DNA from: Epithemia pelagica | Lineage: Eukaryota; Protista; Bacillariophyta | Assembly: GCA_946965045.2 (NCBI GenBank) | Contig: OX337230.1 | Span: 2,666,001 to 2,730,000 of the forward strand | Length of the DNA: 64,000 nucleotides | Direction: 5' to 3' | Part shown: piece after piece, positions 22,600 through 34,716 of the stretch | Position numbering within the stretch: position 1 is the stretch's first letter | Layout: each line of letters starts with the position of its first letter | Translations under genes and position numbers: made by a program | Notes under the pieces: model-generated | What the model was told of the DNA's origin: nothing | Database searches by the model: none | What the model saw: the letters and a program-made list of their open reading frames with translations, nothing else

Positions 22600-23338
22600 C
22601 ACTACGTTGCGAAGGCGTTAGATAGGTTGTACAAGGCCTTGTGATGCACATTCGGACCGTGACAATTTTTGTATACTTCTTTGACAAACTCGTACATCAA
22701 CTTGTGCCAGAAACATCTATGCCCTCGAGTTTTGGCAAAAAAAATTCCCGGTCGTTCATGGGACGGTACTTGACTTTGCCATTTGGCTAAGTAAGACTTT
22801 CTTGAATAGGGGCACCAGCAGAAACTGCTGTTATAGCTCCCGCCGAGACCTGGAACAGCATGGAAGCCAAAGTTGAACATGACAATATCTGGTAGACACT
22901 CAACAAAGTCCTGCATATTCAGAGGGACGGGATCCCTGGGCCTCCATAGCTGACAAACATATTGGCTGGGATTTTCATCTTCTGTGCTGGCATCGTCGTC
23001 ATCGGTCTCGTCATCGTCACCGGTGTCAAATTCATCTTGGTACCACTGGCCTCAGTAAAATTGGCGCAAAGATCATCAAGTCGACGTAGGACATCCTCCT
23101 TAGCCCTGCTCTTCTTGTTTTCATAGCCGATAGGAAGTTTCTTCGAGTGATAATCGGGATGAAGAATGACCATAAGTTGTTGGTCTGGTTCTTGCATGAT
23201 TTTGTAGGCTGGAAATTCAGTTGAGATTGTGATCCAAGAATGTGGAGTTGGGAATGTCAATGCTTGCGCAGAAAAATCCCACTTGTCAGCACCATTTCCT
23301 TCAATACAACATGTCCAAATAATTGTTGACCAAATCAT
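22600..23338 (-). pseudogene. Degraded unidentified gene with an acidic tract and a Cys/His-rich segment
   Basis: Frame-hopping translation DEFDTGDDDETDDDDASTEDENP...MFNFGFHAVPGLGG...CWCPYS...HRCFWH. Confidence 0.35.
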
Positions 23339-24723
23339 CAGAAGGATACGGATCAGGGCGTAGTTAATACTTTGAAGAAGATACCTTCATATTGCAGGGC
23401 GTAGTTAATACTTTGAAGAAGATACCTTCATATTGGGAGGGGCAAAGGGCAAAACATGACTGGTAATTGTGAACCAGACAAATGTAGTGTCTCTTGTGTC
23501 AAAGAAGGGACTCGTGATTGCATGCAACATCATTCGCCCAATGGCCTGACCCAGAATTCTTGTTTAATTCAGGCATATTTTGTGGTAACCAAGTATCATA
23601 GGCAAAGTAATGTCAGAGACTTGCTCCCAAGCTTTACTGAGAAGCCCCCAACCTTTACTGAGAAGCCATCTGCTTGGTCCCCCTCCGTCTTGTGTTTTAT
23701 CTGCACAAGCTGTTGAGGGTTCCACAAAAAGCATTGAGTGACAAGTTCTAAGTGCAAGAAATTTCTTATGAACGCACCTTTCACCTTTGCATCATGTACT
23801 ACCTGTACATCCCAGTTGAACAACCATAAAAATTCCTCCTGTCCAGCTCTCTGATCATCAAAATATTGAGCATTCAGATCTTCTGTCTCCTGAAACAAAG
23901 GAGAAAGTGGAGTGGTTTCATTTGGTGAATTGAACTTATTCCATTCATCTGCAAGCTTGAAGTTGTATGGAACCTGGGCCAAGAAAGTCAGTACTAACTC
24001 AACAGAAGCCTGTTCCAAACGAAGAAGGACCTACCTCTGCAAAAACCACTTTGAGATCTTTTTTGCAGAATCACTTTTTTAAAAAAAATCTTCAAGAGAA
24101 TAAAGAAATTGGAAACAGCAACTTGATTCCCTGTTATGGCAATTGCACGTGTGTGCATGCTCTCGCTTGTGATCACGTGCTCTCGCTTGTGATCAAGCAG
24201 TGCATCAATCCAGAATTGAGACTTTTTTGGATAAAATACTCTTTTTTCTTGACACAGATGGGAAGCGCCTAACTCAGACTTGAACCGCTGAAGCCTTGTC
24301 ATTGGACAAACTTCCAACGGGAACTGAAACATCTTCAGGCAAGTCACGTTGACAAACTAGCCCTAATCCTAACCCTTCACGTTGACAAACTAGACTTAAA
24401 GTAAATCAAAGACTTTTTGAAAAACATAATCACGCAAGGCGGCCCCAGCCTTCTCAGCATAACACTGGATGGTGATTGTTTCAGGTTTTGTTCAGTTCTT
24501 GAGTGGCAACTTGTCCTTAACCCATAGTAGCAGCTAAAGCCGCTGTCCTCAGATGCCCGATCTCTGATTTCGTGTTCTCCGTTGACTCTGAAGTCTTCAA
24601 CCGTCGCCCACTGTAGGTTATGTTAGGGGATTGGTGGTGGACTCTGAATTGAGTTGGCCAGTGGTTGGGTTTTTTCTCATCATCCTTCCGGATCTTTGAT
24701 CTTGTGTTTTACATGCACATGAG

Positions 24724-25607
24724 TTGGCACATGAGGACAGAGGACACCTAGTCAATCTTATGAAGTACAAGCCCGTCAAGTCACCTCTTTCTGAACCTCT
24801 TATCCAGCATTTACAAGAGCACGATAGGAATGTAATCATTCAAAGAAAAATGGGAGGAAGAAGGCTATTATGCATAATGGAAAACAAAAGCTCTCTGCAC
24901 GGAACAGACAAGTACTCCAATGCTCCTTCTGAGCCAAATCTGGAGATTATTTCTCTTCCAAGCCTCAACAAGGTGTTCATGTTCCAAAGCTTCCTTGCAG
25001 TTTCAGACAACATGGATTGTTGTCAATGATAAAGCTTGATACAGATGATGAGTGTTTGGGTGTTACTGCAATGGGAATGAACTTTGAGGACAGTCAAAGC
25101 CAGGAACTACTTTTCCATCGTATTGCCAGGTGACAAGCATGGATTGCACATTCAAGAGTAATTCAAGAAGCTATGTCTGCTAAGAATAATCTTCATAGGG
25201 GTTCATGCAAGGATGGTCTCAATTTGAAATATATTCAGTTTGGATACAGAAAGTCTTATGCGAAACACGATTTGTTTGGTCAATACAAGTTCAAGAAAGG
25301 CATTGATCAGCAGGCCCAAGAGAAACTAGAGGAAGGAATCTCTTCGTTGATCAATGATATTGAATCAATTAGATTCAGGTCACTAAAGTCACCACTTGGA
25401 TTGACTTCATTCAATAACTCCCTCCAACATGCATTAGTCATACCAACTGCTTCTGCTACCAGCAACGATGCAGTTTCAACTCAATTTTCAATTGGATTTG
25501 ACTACTGGAGTCCTGTCCACCAGGACAATAACTACTTCTGGAGCATTCTTGGCTGTGTACCAAGAGAAATCAGCGTTGATGAAAATATCTCCTTCTTAAA
25601 TCCTTGA
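24724..25607 (+). pseudogene. TET/JBP-like 2OG-Fe(II) dioxygenase pseudogene, truncated after HxD
   Basis: YIQFGYRK...TQFSIGFDYWSPVHQDNNYFWSIL aligns with FSSIAFGKNVFLPAHTDKDFGYSVV at 55.4 kb; HQD at 25518-25526; in-frame TGA at 25131. Confidence 0.6.
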
Positions 25608-26226
25608 CTGCGCTGTCCTGCATCCCTGTAGCTACAGAATGGATCTCTTGCCCAAGACTCTGATTCTACATACTAGGAGTACCTTTGTAACATTTCTCTG
25701 CTGCTCTGCAACCAAGAGACATCCCAGGGGTCCCACCAGTAGTAGCTGGATCAATTTTATTGCACGTGGGCAGTGGGCACAGGAGGCGACCAAGAGACAT
25801 CCCATGGGTCCCACTGGTAGTAGCTGGATCATTTTTATTGCATGTGGGCAGTCGACACAGGAGGGAAGGAGATGTTGTCCCACACACACCCCCAAGCACA
25901 GATCCTATTGAAGCCTAACAATACTGATAATCCCTGTGGTTTGCCTGTTGAACTGTTCATGACAAGGAAATGAAAAAGTAAGGAACCATGTCACAGCAAG
26001 TCACAACCAACGTATTGGAAATTGGAAAGCCCCACCGATTCTGGGCCACACAGAGTTTCCTGATCTTTGATTATGCCAATAAAACCTTGATGGTGGATGA
26101 TATCATGACATCTGAACCAAAGAAAGATCCCCTTAGCCCTACATCTTCCCGTGAGGGTCACACATGTCAGGCAGATGAATCACCATCTTCCTTTTGTCAG
26201 TTGCCAGATAGGCTGGTGGGAGCACC

Positions 26227-26333
26227 TGTTTGGAGTATTGCAACATCAATAGTCTTGTGGCACTGCGTGCAACGAATAAGCGCATGAACCTTTGGTCAGT
26301 AAATCCTGTGGGTCAGTGGTGTTTGAAGTCTCT
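26227..26333 (+). pseudogene. F-box-like remnant, with inverted paralogues inside the 20365 and 20601 repeat units
   Basis: CLEYCNINSLVALRATNKRMN...NPVGQWCLKS versus CLEFCNINSLL/TLYVTKKHMN...NPAGQWCLQS on the minus strand at 20365-20474. Confidence 0.4.
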
Positions 26334-26627
26334 CCCCATGGTCTACAATTCAGATTTAACGTGGAATCATGAAACTCGGCAGTTTGTCATTTTTCAGCAA
26401 GATCACAAAGCCATTTGAAAATGGAAGTATTGTTTGTCCGCTTTTCCTTCCTTACTGCAGGAAGGAAGTTCAGTCAAGTGGTGGTCTCTCCAATCTTTAC
26501 GATAGTCAAAGGCAGGTTTCTTGGGTGGTGAAGAACAGAGAGGTGCAACCAACTTATAAATACACTTCATCCCAAATTGGGGGTATTCCTTGTGAATTCG
26601 CCACTCTGTAGGATGGGGCTACAAGTG

Positions 26628-26880
26628 AGGTAGTGATTCCCAGCCATTGTAAGCGGATGGATCCCCTCTCTTTGGATCCGAGTGCTGCTTCCAAGTGATG
26701 CCATTGTCATCTTCCCATATATCGTATGCTGTTTTGGCCAAATTGCTAGTTGACCAAGGTAGTGATTCCCAGCCATTGTAAATGGATGGATCCCCTCTCT
26801 TTGGATCCGAGCACTGTTTCCAAGTGATGCCATTGTCATCTTCCCATGCATCGTATGCTGTTTTGGCCAAATCGCCAGTT
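26628..26880. repeat. 129-bp (43-codon) tandem duplication inside a degraded Trp-rich gene
   Basis: Units start at 26628 and 26757; minus-strand translation repeats AKTAYDxWEDDNGITWKQxSDPKRGDPSxYNGWESLP. Confidence 0.9.
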
Positions 26881-27779
26881 CAGTATCTCCACTAGCTCAC
26901 GTGTCGTGGCTCAGCATTTTCTTTCATAATCATACAACAGAGATTTTGTTTTCCGTACGGTTTTTCCTTCAACCACGACATTGTCATTGTCTTGGGCTTT
27001 TGCGTGACATTTTTGAGGTCACCGAACTCTTGCCTGAATTCCATGCCGACAGTATCAATGTTTTTGCTTTCGAAGCGCCATGCCGTGGTTTGAATTGCTA
27101 TTGCACTGCGATTCTTGGAGAACGTGCTAATGAACTTGGAGGCATACATATGCATACTTTGTTTTGTATCCGCATCCTGTGGACACAATGCGGCACTTGC
27201 TAAGTCTCTTCCGAAAGTAGAATGGCTCCAATGACTTGATGTGTTGGTCTTAGATGAACTGGGCCATGTGTCTGCAGAATTACTATCAGTGCTGGCAAAA
27301 TGCACTACTACTTTTCTGGGTTGAAGATATACCAGTGGATTGGACCAGGGCAGTGACACCCATCCATTCAGCGGCTCAATAGATCGTTTGTTGAATGAGT
27401 GATCGTTTACTGGCAAAGTGTAACCATTTTGTCTGACATTCCAACACCCGTGATCCATTTGCCACCCCATGTACAATAGTAGCACTTGCAGACGCCATTT
27501 GCATCAATTCTCATTAAGCGGACATTACGTTGGTGCTCGATGTAAGGAAACGTCATTCCAGAATTGCTCGTGAGCAGTAACCAATCCCGTCTATAGAGGT
27601 ACACAACCAGTCCAATTCAATCTTATCCATACTTTGCATTAAGTAGCATCAAACATATTCTAAAAGAATGACATAGCTAGGTAGCCAGTTGGCAAGACCT
27701 AACTGTAACTGAATGCAACAGACCACTAAACCAATTGATTGCAGTGCAATGTCTCATGCCATGACATGGAAACATCATC

Positions 27780-28260
27780 TGAGGCTAGCCGATAGGAAAT
27801 TAATGGAAGAAGCAAAAGTAGCTAAAATAATGAATGACAGCCATGGTGAGTAACTAGAGATTCTATTTTCAATGGCCTCAACTACCGAGTCAAACATAGC
27901 CTCTGTTGTATGCACGCTCCATCGGCCTCTCTTAGCAGTGTTGCGATGCTTGGCAATTTGACCAACTCCTGGGATTTGGCGCAGCTTGTTGGCAACATAA
28001 AACATCAAGCCTGTATGTACTCCTTCCACTAGAACAATACAGCTATTGGCCAGAAATCTGTTCTATTTCAAGATAGCTTTGGTGTAGTTGGGAGCTTCTT
28101 CGGGGACATGTTGAACCTTGTGGAAAATAAAATTCATATTCTTCGAATATTCCTTTTGGAGAATTTGGATCAGTTTCCTAGCATCGTCTTGACGGCACTG
28201 GATGTCATAAGCCTTAGTCGAGACAAACAGAAATGGACAAGAGTGAATTTGTAACTAATT
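27780..28260 (-). mobile_element. LINE (L1-like) ORF1 fragment with stop
   Basis: TKAYDIQC...YTKAILK*NRFLANS..VLVEGV...LMFYV...GV...RGRWSVHT resembles recalled diatom LINE ORF1. Confidence 0.55.
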
Positions 28261-29086
28261 GGGTTTGCTCGATAATGGATAATAACGATGCTGTTTAATC
28301 AGACACGTTTTCTTTCTGATACTGGTGGACACTGGTAGAAAGGGAAGGTGCATACATGCAAGGCAAACCACAACACGTTCGACCTGCTGGTAAAGAAAAG
28401 GGCGACAACAATCAAGTCGACCTTTTGGAGTCGGGAGATAATTTCTGGTTGGGACAGCCCAGAAGATGGGGCGGGCGTCCATTACGATTAGTAGGACGTC
28501 TCGCCCAATCCAAGAAAGCCTGGCAACAAATCTGCTGTTGGGCTTTGGGTCGCTTGGTATGAGAAATGCTATTCCAAAACGATGGAGAACCAGAAGCCAA
28601 CGACCCGAATTCAATTGGACTCTCGCGAGTACCCGCCATCTCGAGCGATAAACAGACCCCTTCGGGAGGTGTGTACTTGACCTTGTAAGGGTTGGGCATC
28701 TTGACAGAAGCAGGTATAAAGAACGCCAATCATCAACACCCAGAGCATTGAGGCTTGCTAGATTGTGCAAATTGGTTGAAGGATGTGCAACTCGCCGAAC
28801 ACTTTCATGAATCGCTCCACAGGTGTCGGTTTGACAGTGTTCCCTGTTCCGTTGTCCCAAATGGAAAATGTGAATACGCTTTTCCATCCAGCCAGAGAAT
28901 AAAAACGGATACTAGCAAACTTGTCCTTCTTCGAGGAGACATACGATCAAGCCTTCGTCCGTGCCTTCGTTGGGCAACTTGCCTCGTCCAATGCCACTGG
29001 TCCAACAACATACGCTACCGATGCGAAGTTGCGAAAGACATGGCTCATCAACGAACGAGACATCCATAGGGGGTCATCATTATTCC

Positions 29087-29260
29087 TCACGTAGAATCGG
29101 AATAAAACTTGAGCGATTCTCTGATGGTAGAGAACATGTCTCGTGACATGGTGCTCGAGAATGAGGTCGAGCCAAGGAACATCTTAGAACTCCACAACTC
29201 TTTGATTGACGTCAAATTGCAAAGCGATATTGCAATATCGAGTCCCACAGCACACTGGAA
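29087..29260 (-). mobile_element. piggyBac transposase N-terminal fragment
   Basis: KELWSSKMFLGSTSFSSTMSRDMFSTIRESLKF fits the W...F...MSRxRF..I...L.F motif. Confidence 0.7.
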
Positions 29261-29734
29261 TAGATTCTTCGGGAGGAGAATCTTCTTAGCGGAACTGCTC
29301 TCTTTTGCAACGAGTTTCTCTTGGTTGCCTTCAACATGAACTTGTCCCAACGGTCCCTCATCTTTGTAGGCTTCAGCACATGCACCGGAGTTGATAACAA
29401 GAACGAGATCGGACGACGTGATCTTTTCCGATCGCTATTTCGTGATTTCGTCTTCGGTATGATGGCCGCAGGTTCCCTCTCCGAGGAAATGCGACTGCTT
29501 GGATGGCTTATCGACACACGTCGTTTAATCAACTGGTAACGCTTGGTCCAATTGTTCCTGGACCCAAAGCGTAAGAACTTCAAGTTCACGGAGATCTAGA
29601 GTCTGGTTGGAAAAATGAACAATGCATGCAAGGGTATCCCACTCGCCAGGTATTTTAAAGATCGGGTCTGCCAACCAAGATCCGGATCTGCCAAACAAGA
29701 TCCAGAGGCCCCAGCCTTTGTGAAGCTAGCAGAG

Positions 29735-30070
29735 AATTTTTCCATCGATTTTCCGAACTCGGCAAACCACTCGGCATCGACCTCAACTTCAACAAAACGA
29801 AAATACTGACGGCGACGAATGGTTCCTCTCCCAGCAACATTCTCTCCGACCACATTGAGGACAGACTCCAGGCCGCCTTGGCCCTCCTCTCCCCCAACAA
29901 CCCACAAGACGCCGAATCACCAGGGGAGCCCGATTCCTAGGACAACCAATCGGCTTACAACTCTTCGCCCAATCCTGAATCGACAAAATCCACAACGACA
30001 CTGCAACACTGCACCATCTGGACAACCTGCAGACACAGAGTATTTTATTCAAATACTCCGCGATCCCACC
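29735..30070 (+). mobile_element. CRE-like non-LTR RT C-terminal fragment, frameshifted
   Basis: FFHRFSELGKPLGIDLNFNKTKIL...GARFLGQPIG...LHHLDNLQTQSILFKY. Confidence 0.7.
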
Positions 30071-30269
30071 ACTGTTTCCAGTGTCCTGGTTTGATCGCTG
30101 GGATCCTGGCCGTCGTCTGTTGGGACCGTTGGCGGTTCTTCATTTTGTTGTTGCGCATTCTCTCTGTAGTCCTCTTCGGGTGTGTTGGCTAGATTCTTGG
30201 AGTCGAGGTCTTTTTCTCCTTTGTTTTGGTGGTCCCTCCGGTCCTTCCTCTGCCTCTGGCGTACAATGA

Positions 30270-30489
30270 ACGCTTGCCCTGCTTGGGGCAGTGGCAAAAT
30301 GCGTTTTGTATTGCCATTCCGATCCCAGAGTATGATGCCGCATCGTGTCGAAGGCCTTATCGAACTTGACGTGGAACTGTGGGCTTATGTGCCCTGTGAA
30401 GCAATGTAGAACCACGACCACATTTTTGTTGTGGATGGGCAATTGGCCGAGATATATTCCGACCCTGTCCCTTTTCCGACCCTGGCCCT
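30270..30489 (-). mobile_element. Copia integrase C-terminal fragment
   Basis: RARVG/RVGIYLGQLPIHNKNVVVVLHCFTGHISPQFHVKFDKAFDT...SEWQYKTHF. Confidence 0.85.
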
Positions 30490-31114
30490 GTGCTCAAGCC
30501 ATCCTTGCCTTGGTGAATCATTGATGTTCTTGGCACGTGCACCACTTGGAGCGTGCAATCCAAGGCTTACTCCAGGAGTTTGATTTGTTGAGTTGGGGAG
30601 ATTTACTGGTCCCCTTCCCCATAATCCAATATCTGGCCGAGCTATCCATAAAGTAAGAGATGGTCGTTCCTTTCATAACTTCTGGGTACGTGTCTCTGGC
30701 TTGCTGCACGGTGAGGAGCAGGGTCCGTAGTTCCTTCCAGTTGGAATGATGATGGAACATATACGGTAACCACTGTCCCATCCAGCACATGGGCATTGGT
30801 TGGTCTGGGACATAGAGGGTTCCGGCAGTTCCGGTCCTGCTACCATCTCCCCAGGTTGGCACTAGTACTGCAGACCTCTCCGAATACGCATCCCGCATGT
30901 CGTATTGTAGGATGGTCCGCCACTAGCGTGCTTTTGGGTCTGTTACAGGGATATCCTCGTGAATGCACGTATATAGGTGTCGAAGATAAGTTCTCCCCAC
31001 CCTAATGGGCGTTGCTTCCACCAATGACTCCAATACTCCCGCTACCACTGCCAGTGCGAGTCCAGAGAATTCGTAGGTCGGTCGTTGATTCAGCAAGTAG
31101 TTCACCATGGACAT
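30486..31114 (-). mobile_element. YR retroelement RT thumb and RNase H fragment
   Basis: SGLALAVVAGVLESLVEATP...; TWGDGSRTGTAG...SNWKELRTL...SYFMDS...; LQVVHVPRTSMIHQGKDGLS. Confidence 0.82.
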
Positions 31115-31779
31115 TGCCTTCTCTCACATAGCCGTTGGTATCCGGAGGCAAGGCGTGCCTCGGCAGTCAAAGGTGAAACCAGTGTAGTCTTGTACTTGAC
31201 GTGTCGGTCTCGCATTGTAGTCTTGTACTTGACGTGTCGGTCTCGCATTCAAGGCTTGCTTTTATGCGAGCGACGTTTGCGCGCTCCTCGGGCCCATGTC
31301 GAGAAGCATGGAAACTTGAACGAACAGCGTTGACCGTAGCCATCTGCGCATTCAACATGAGTTCTCAACAGACAATCTTTGTTTTGCTTTCATTACCTGG
31401 GATGCGACAAGCGAGCATGAGGAGCCAGCATTGGTTGTTCCAGTTCGGTTCGTTGCTCTGTCACACTTGGAGAAAGTCTCTGGAAAGGCTAAGAAGAACG
31501 GACTGGATGCATCCACCTATACACGCGCTGCTCCATCACCCCTAAAGCATGCATGGAACCCCAGGTTGTCACAATCAACATGGACTGCGATGACAGGGAT
31601 CGCTTGAACATTTCGCTTGGTGCGATGATGCTCAAGCACCCGCTTCAAAATCACTTCTTTAATCATCAACATGCCCAGGTAATGAAGAATGAAGTAGCGT
31701 TTTATGATTATCATTCGAGTATGATCTCCATTCTCTATGAATAGGATCAACGCGTTACGTTGACAATGGAACTGGAATC

Positions 31780-32035
31780 AGGGGCTAGGAGAACATTATG
31801 GATGACTCGAATCTTCTTGTCGTGGTCCACTCCCAGAAACATAAGAGGCATACCGTTCAAATCACAGGATAAAAAGCGCTGGAGGTATTGAAAGTTAGCA
31901 ACGTGTTGTTAAAACTTTCACATTGTTTTTCCCACAACTTTGGATTGCTATCAAGGGCCAAATGGAAGTCAGAGCAAAAAGCATCAGCCCAACCCACTGG
32001 GCAGTTCTCGGAAGAAGACATGGGAACCTTGGACT
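31780..32035 (-). mobile_element. Unidentified ORF fragment paralogous to 5040-5255
   Basis: CPVGWADAFCSDFHLALDSNPKLW. Confidence 0.3.
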
Positions 32036-32066
32036 TGTAGATATCAGTGCGACGAAAGGGTGCTCA

Positions 32067-32306
32067 TGAATAAAAACTGACGGTCAGACGCAATATACGG
32101 CTTGCAACAATCAAACTATCAGAAATTATGGTAGCTAAACTAGGGGTGCCCTTTGGGGGCAAATCGCTCATGTAGGGGCCAAACAGCAACCACGGTACCC
32201 ACTAGCGAACACGTAACTAGGGGCCGGGCGATGCCAGGCGATGCGTAGCGAGGCATGGCGAGGCACTTCGTAGGTTACAAAGGGGGTACCCGTGATTATT
32301 TATTCA
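32067..32306 (-). mobile_element. 3' LTR, 240 bp
   Basis: Perfect 8-bp terminal inverted repeat TGAATAAA...TTTATTCA, directly after a PPT-like tract and 121 bp after the pol stop. Confidence 0.85.
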
Positions 32307-32314
32307 GTCCCCGC
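32307..32314 (-). promoter_or_regulatory. Short polypurine-tract-like primer site (GCGGGGAC)
   Basis: Abuts the TG start of the LTR on the element strand. Confidence 0.6.
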
Positions 32315-32427
32315 GAACAAAATCGGGGTGGGCAACTTCGTTTAGTTCGTCATGTCAGCAGAGGCCGGTCCAGTACGTCGGACTATTTTCCAAAAGGGGC
32401 GATCCCATTTTGGATCAAAAAGGGGTG

Positions 32428-32982
32428 CTACCACATGATATGTTGGGCCAGGAATCGCAATCGAGGTCCGGGTAGCAGTTTGGTTAGGATATCGGCAAGA
32501 TTCGTTTCACCTTCTTCCCATGCAATGCGCACAAGTCCAGCAGCTTGCGCTTCACGAGTCCGATGATAAGCAATTGCGTTGTGCTTCTTCTTTAGGACTG
32601 ATTCCGGCTGCGTCGAGTTCTTAAACACAGATTCATTGTCGCAAAACACATTCGTCTCTCCATCCAACGGGATACCCATCATTCGCAACTTATAACGAAA
32701 TGCTTCAGTCATTTCAATGGCAGTTTTCATCGCCACGAACTCACTGCCAAATGTAGACGTCTCAACAGTGTTTTGTCGTTTTGAATACCACATGATCGGT
32801 GCTCGTTGCAAGAACAGTAGGACTCCTGTTTGAGAGCGCCGTGTGACACGACATCCAGCATGATCAGCATCGACAAAGCAAGTCGTGGTGACAGCGTTTC
32901 CATGCGGTGCTGGTGCGTTTGGCGGAATCAGGATAATACTCAGACCAATCCGGTCGGGTAAAACGTGACTCGTCAAAGTCAT
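32428..32982 (-). pseudogene. pol: Copia RNase H, frameshifted from RT
   Basis: FVDADHAG...RSQTG...WYSKRQNTVETSTFGSEFVA...VFCDNESV...KKHNAIAYH...NLADILTK. Confidence 0.96.
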
Positions 32983-34711
32983 GGGTTATGTCGTCGAACA
33001 CAATGGCGGATTTATCGTACTTCTTCAGATTCGCGAAGATGTGCTGATGTCCTTCTCGTGGATTTGCCATGAAACGGGACATATGGGAGACTGCGGTTGT
33101 AATGTCGATACGACCGAGTTCAACAATCCAACGGAGAATACCGATCGGTCGTTGGTAATAGTTTGCACGTCTTGCGTCGAGTTCAGGAGTCGCATCCAAT
33201 TCCGGGCGATATCCATCGGCGATCGGCGTCGTCACTTTTGACTTCAGCTTTTCTCCGGATTTCTCCAGTTCCGTTTCGACTTCGGCAAGAGCACGCTTAC
33301 AATACTTGTCAGCGGACATGGCCCAACGATCACGGTTCGACGGATCTTGCGTGTCGGGTATGGTATAACGCCGAATTTCGGATCCCAAGTATTCGTCCGG
33401 CGGTTTGATACTGTCGGGCTTGATCGTATAGCGCCTCTGCAGGTCCTGCATCACGGTTTTGGGATCATGACTAATAATCAGCAGATCATCAATATAGACC
33501 AAAACATACTCATAATACTGGAACCCATCAGATGGTCGAGTGTTCGCTCGAAGCCATACATCCGGATCAGCTTGACACATCTTAGATCCCATATCGCGGA
33601 GCGTTGCAGCGTTGTGATCACGCCACCTTGCGGCAGAACGTTTGAGACCATATAATGCGCGCACTATCAGTGCAGGTTGTCCAACCTTATCTAGTCCAAA
33701 TTCGAGTCCCGCGGTGGTATAGGTCTTCTCTTTAGTCGGTGCGTTGAGATATGCCTTTTGCACGTCCCCGACGAGAACATCTAGACCATTTAGTGCAGCG
33801 ATAGTAAAAGCAATGCGTACGCTATCGCGTGATACCACACTAGAATAGGTCGATTCTTTGGGTGGATCAGTTTTGTGGCCTCCGGCCACTAACCGTGCTT
33901 TTCGTCGCAGGTCTGATTTGATATCAAAAACCATATGACAGGGAATATGCTTGTATCCAGGAGGCACTTCGCCATCAGCTGGAAATTCGAAAGCAATGCC
34001 AACGTTCTTCATTTCTTTCTCAATAGCCTTGCGCCAGAAGTCAGTCCCCGTTCGACGGTCAATCGCCAGGGCTTCTTCCACAGAGTGGGGCAGCTCAATG
34101 CCATACTTGTGCGTTCGCTTCCAATAACGTGACTTTAACTTTTTGATAATGCGGTCTCGTTTGCGAAGTGCACGTGGCACCCACCATGCGAAAGCAGGCT
34201 CTTTTGCGATGTCAGCGGATACTGCGTATTCGGCGGCGTCAATCATATTTCCATTCTTGACGTCTTTGAGCGGCAGCCAAACAGTCGATTGATCGGACAG
34301 TTCACATTGCAATTCCCAGCCTTTCGTTGTGTGGTGTGATGTGCAGTCAAGGAACGATGCGTCTGTTCGCTTAACTGCGGTCTCATCACTGCGGTGACCC
34401 ACAATGGCTTTCAATGTGTTGAACGCATTGCCCTCCGGGTCAACTAGCGAATACAGATTCTCTGCGATCATATTGGTTGCATACGACTCAACCGATCCAT
34501 CCGGAAACTGTACGTTGTAGTACCGGGTATCAAGGATTGGGTTTGCGTTGCGCTCACCAATAGGTCGCCCATGAGCATCTTTCGTGCGTCCAATGATTTT
34601 CGCTCGAGCGCTTTCACCTCCTCGCGGCAGCATGACTTCAGCGGTGAGATATTCGTCTAGTTCCTCCGGCGTGTACGCGTCGGATTCCAGGGCTTCGGCC
34701 TCTGGGAACAA
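32864..34711 (-). pseudogene. pol: Copia pol: linker, chromo-like segment and reverse transcriptase
   Basis: RRKARLVAGGH, YSSVVSRDSVRI, GDVQKAYLNA, RALYGLK, CQADPDVW, LVYIDDLL. Confidence 0.97.
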
Positions 34712-34716
34712 GGGCT

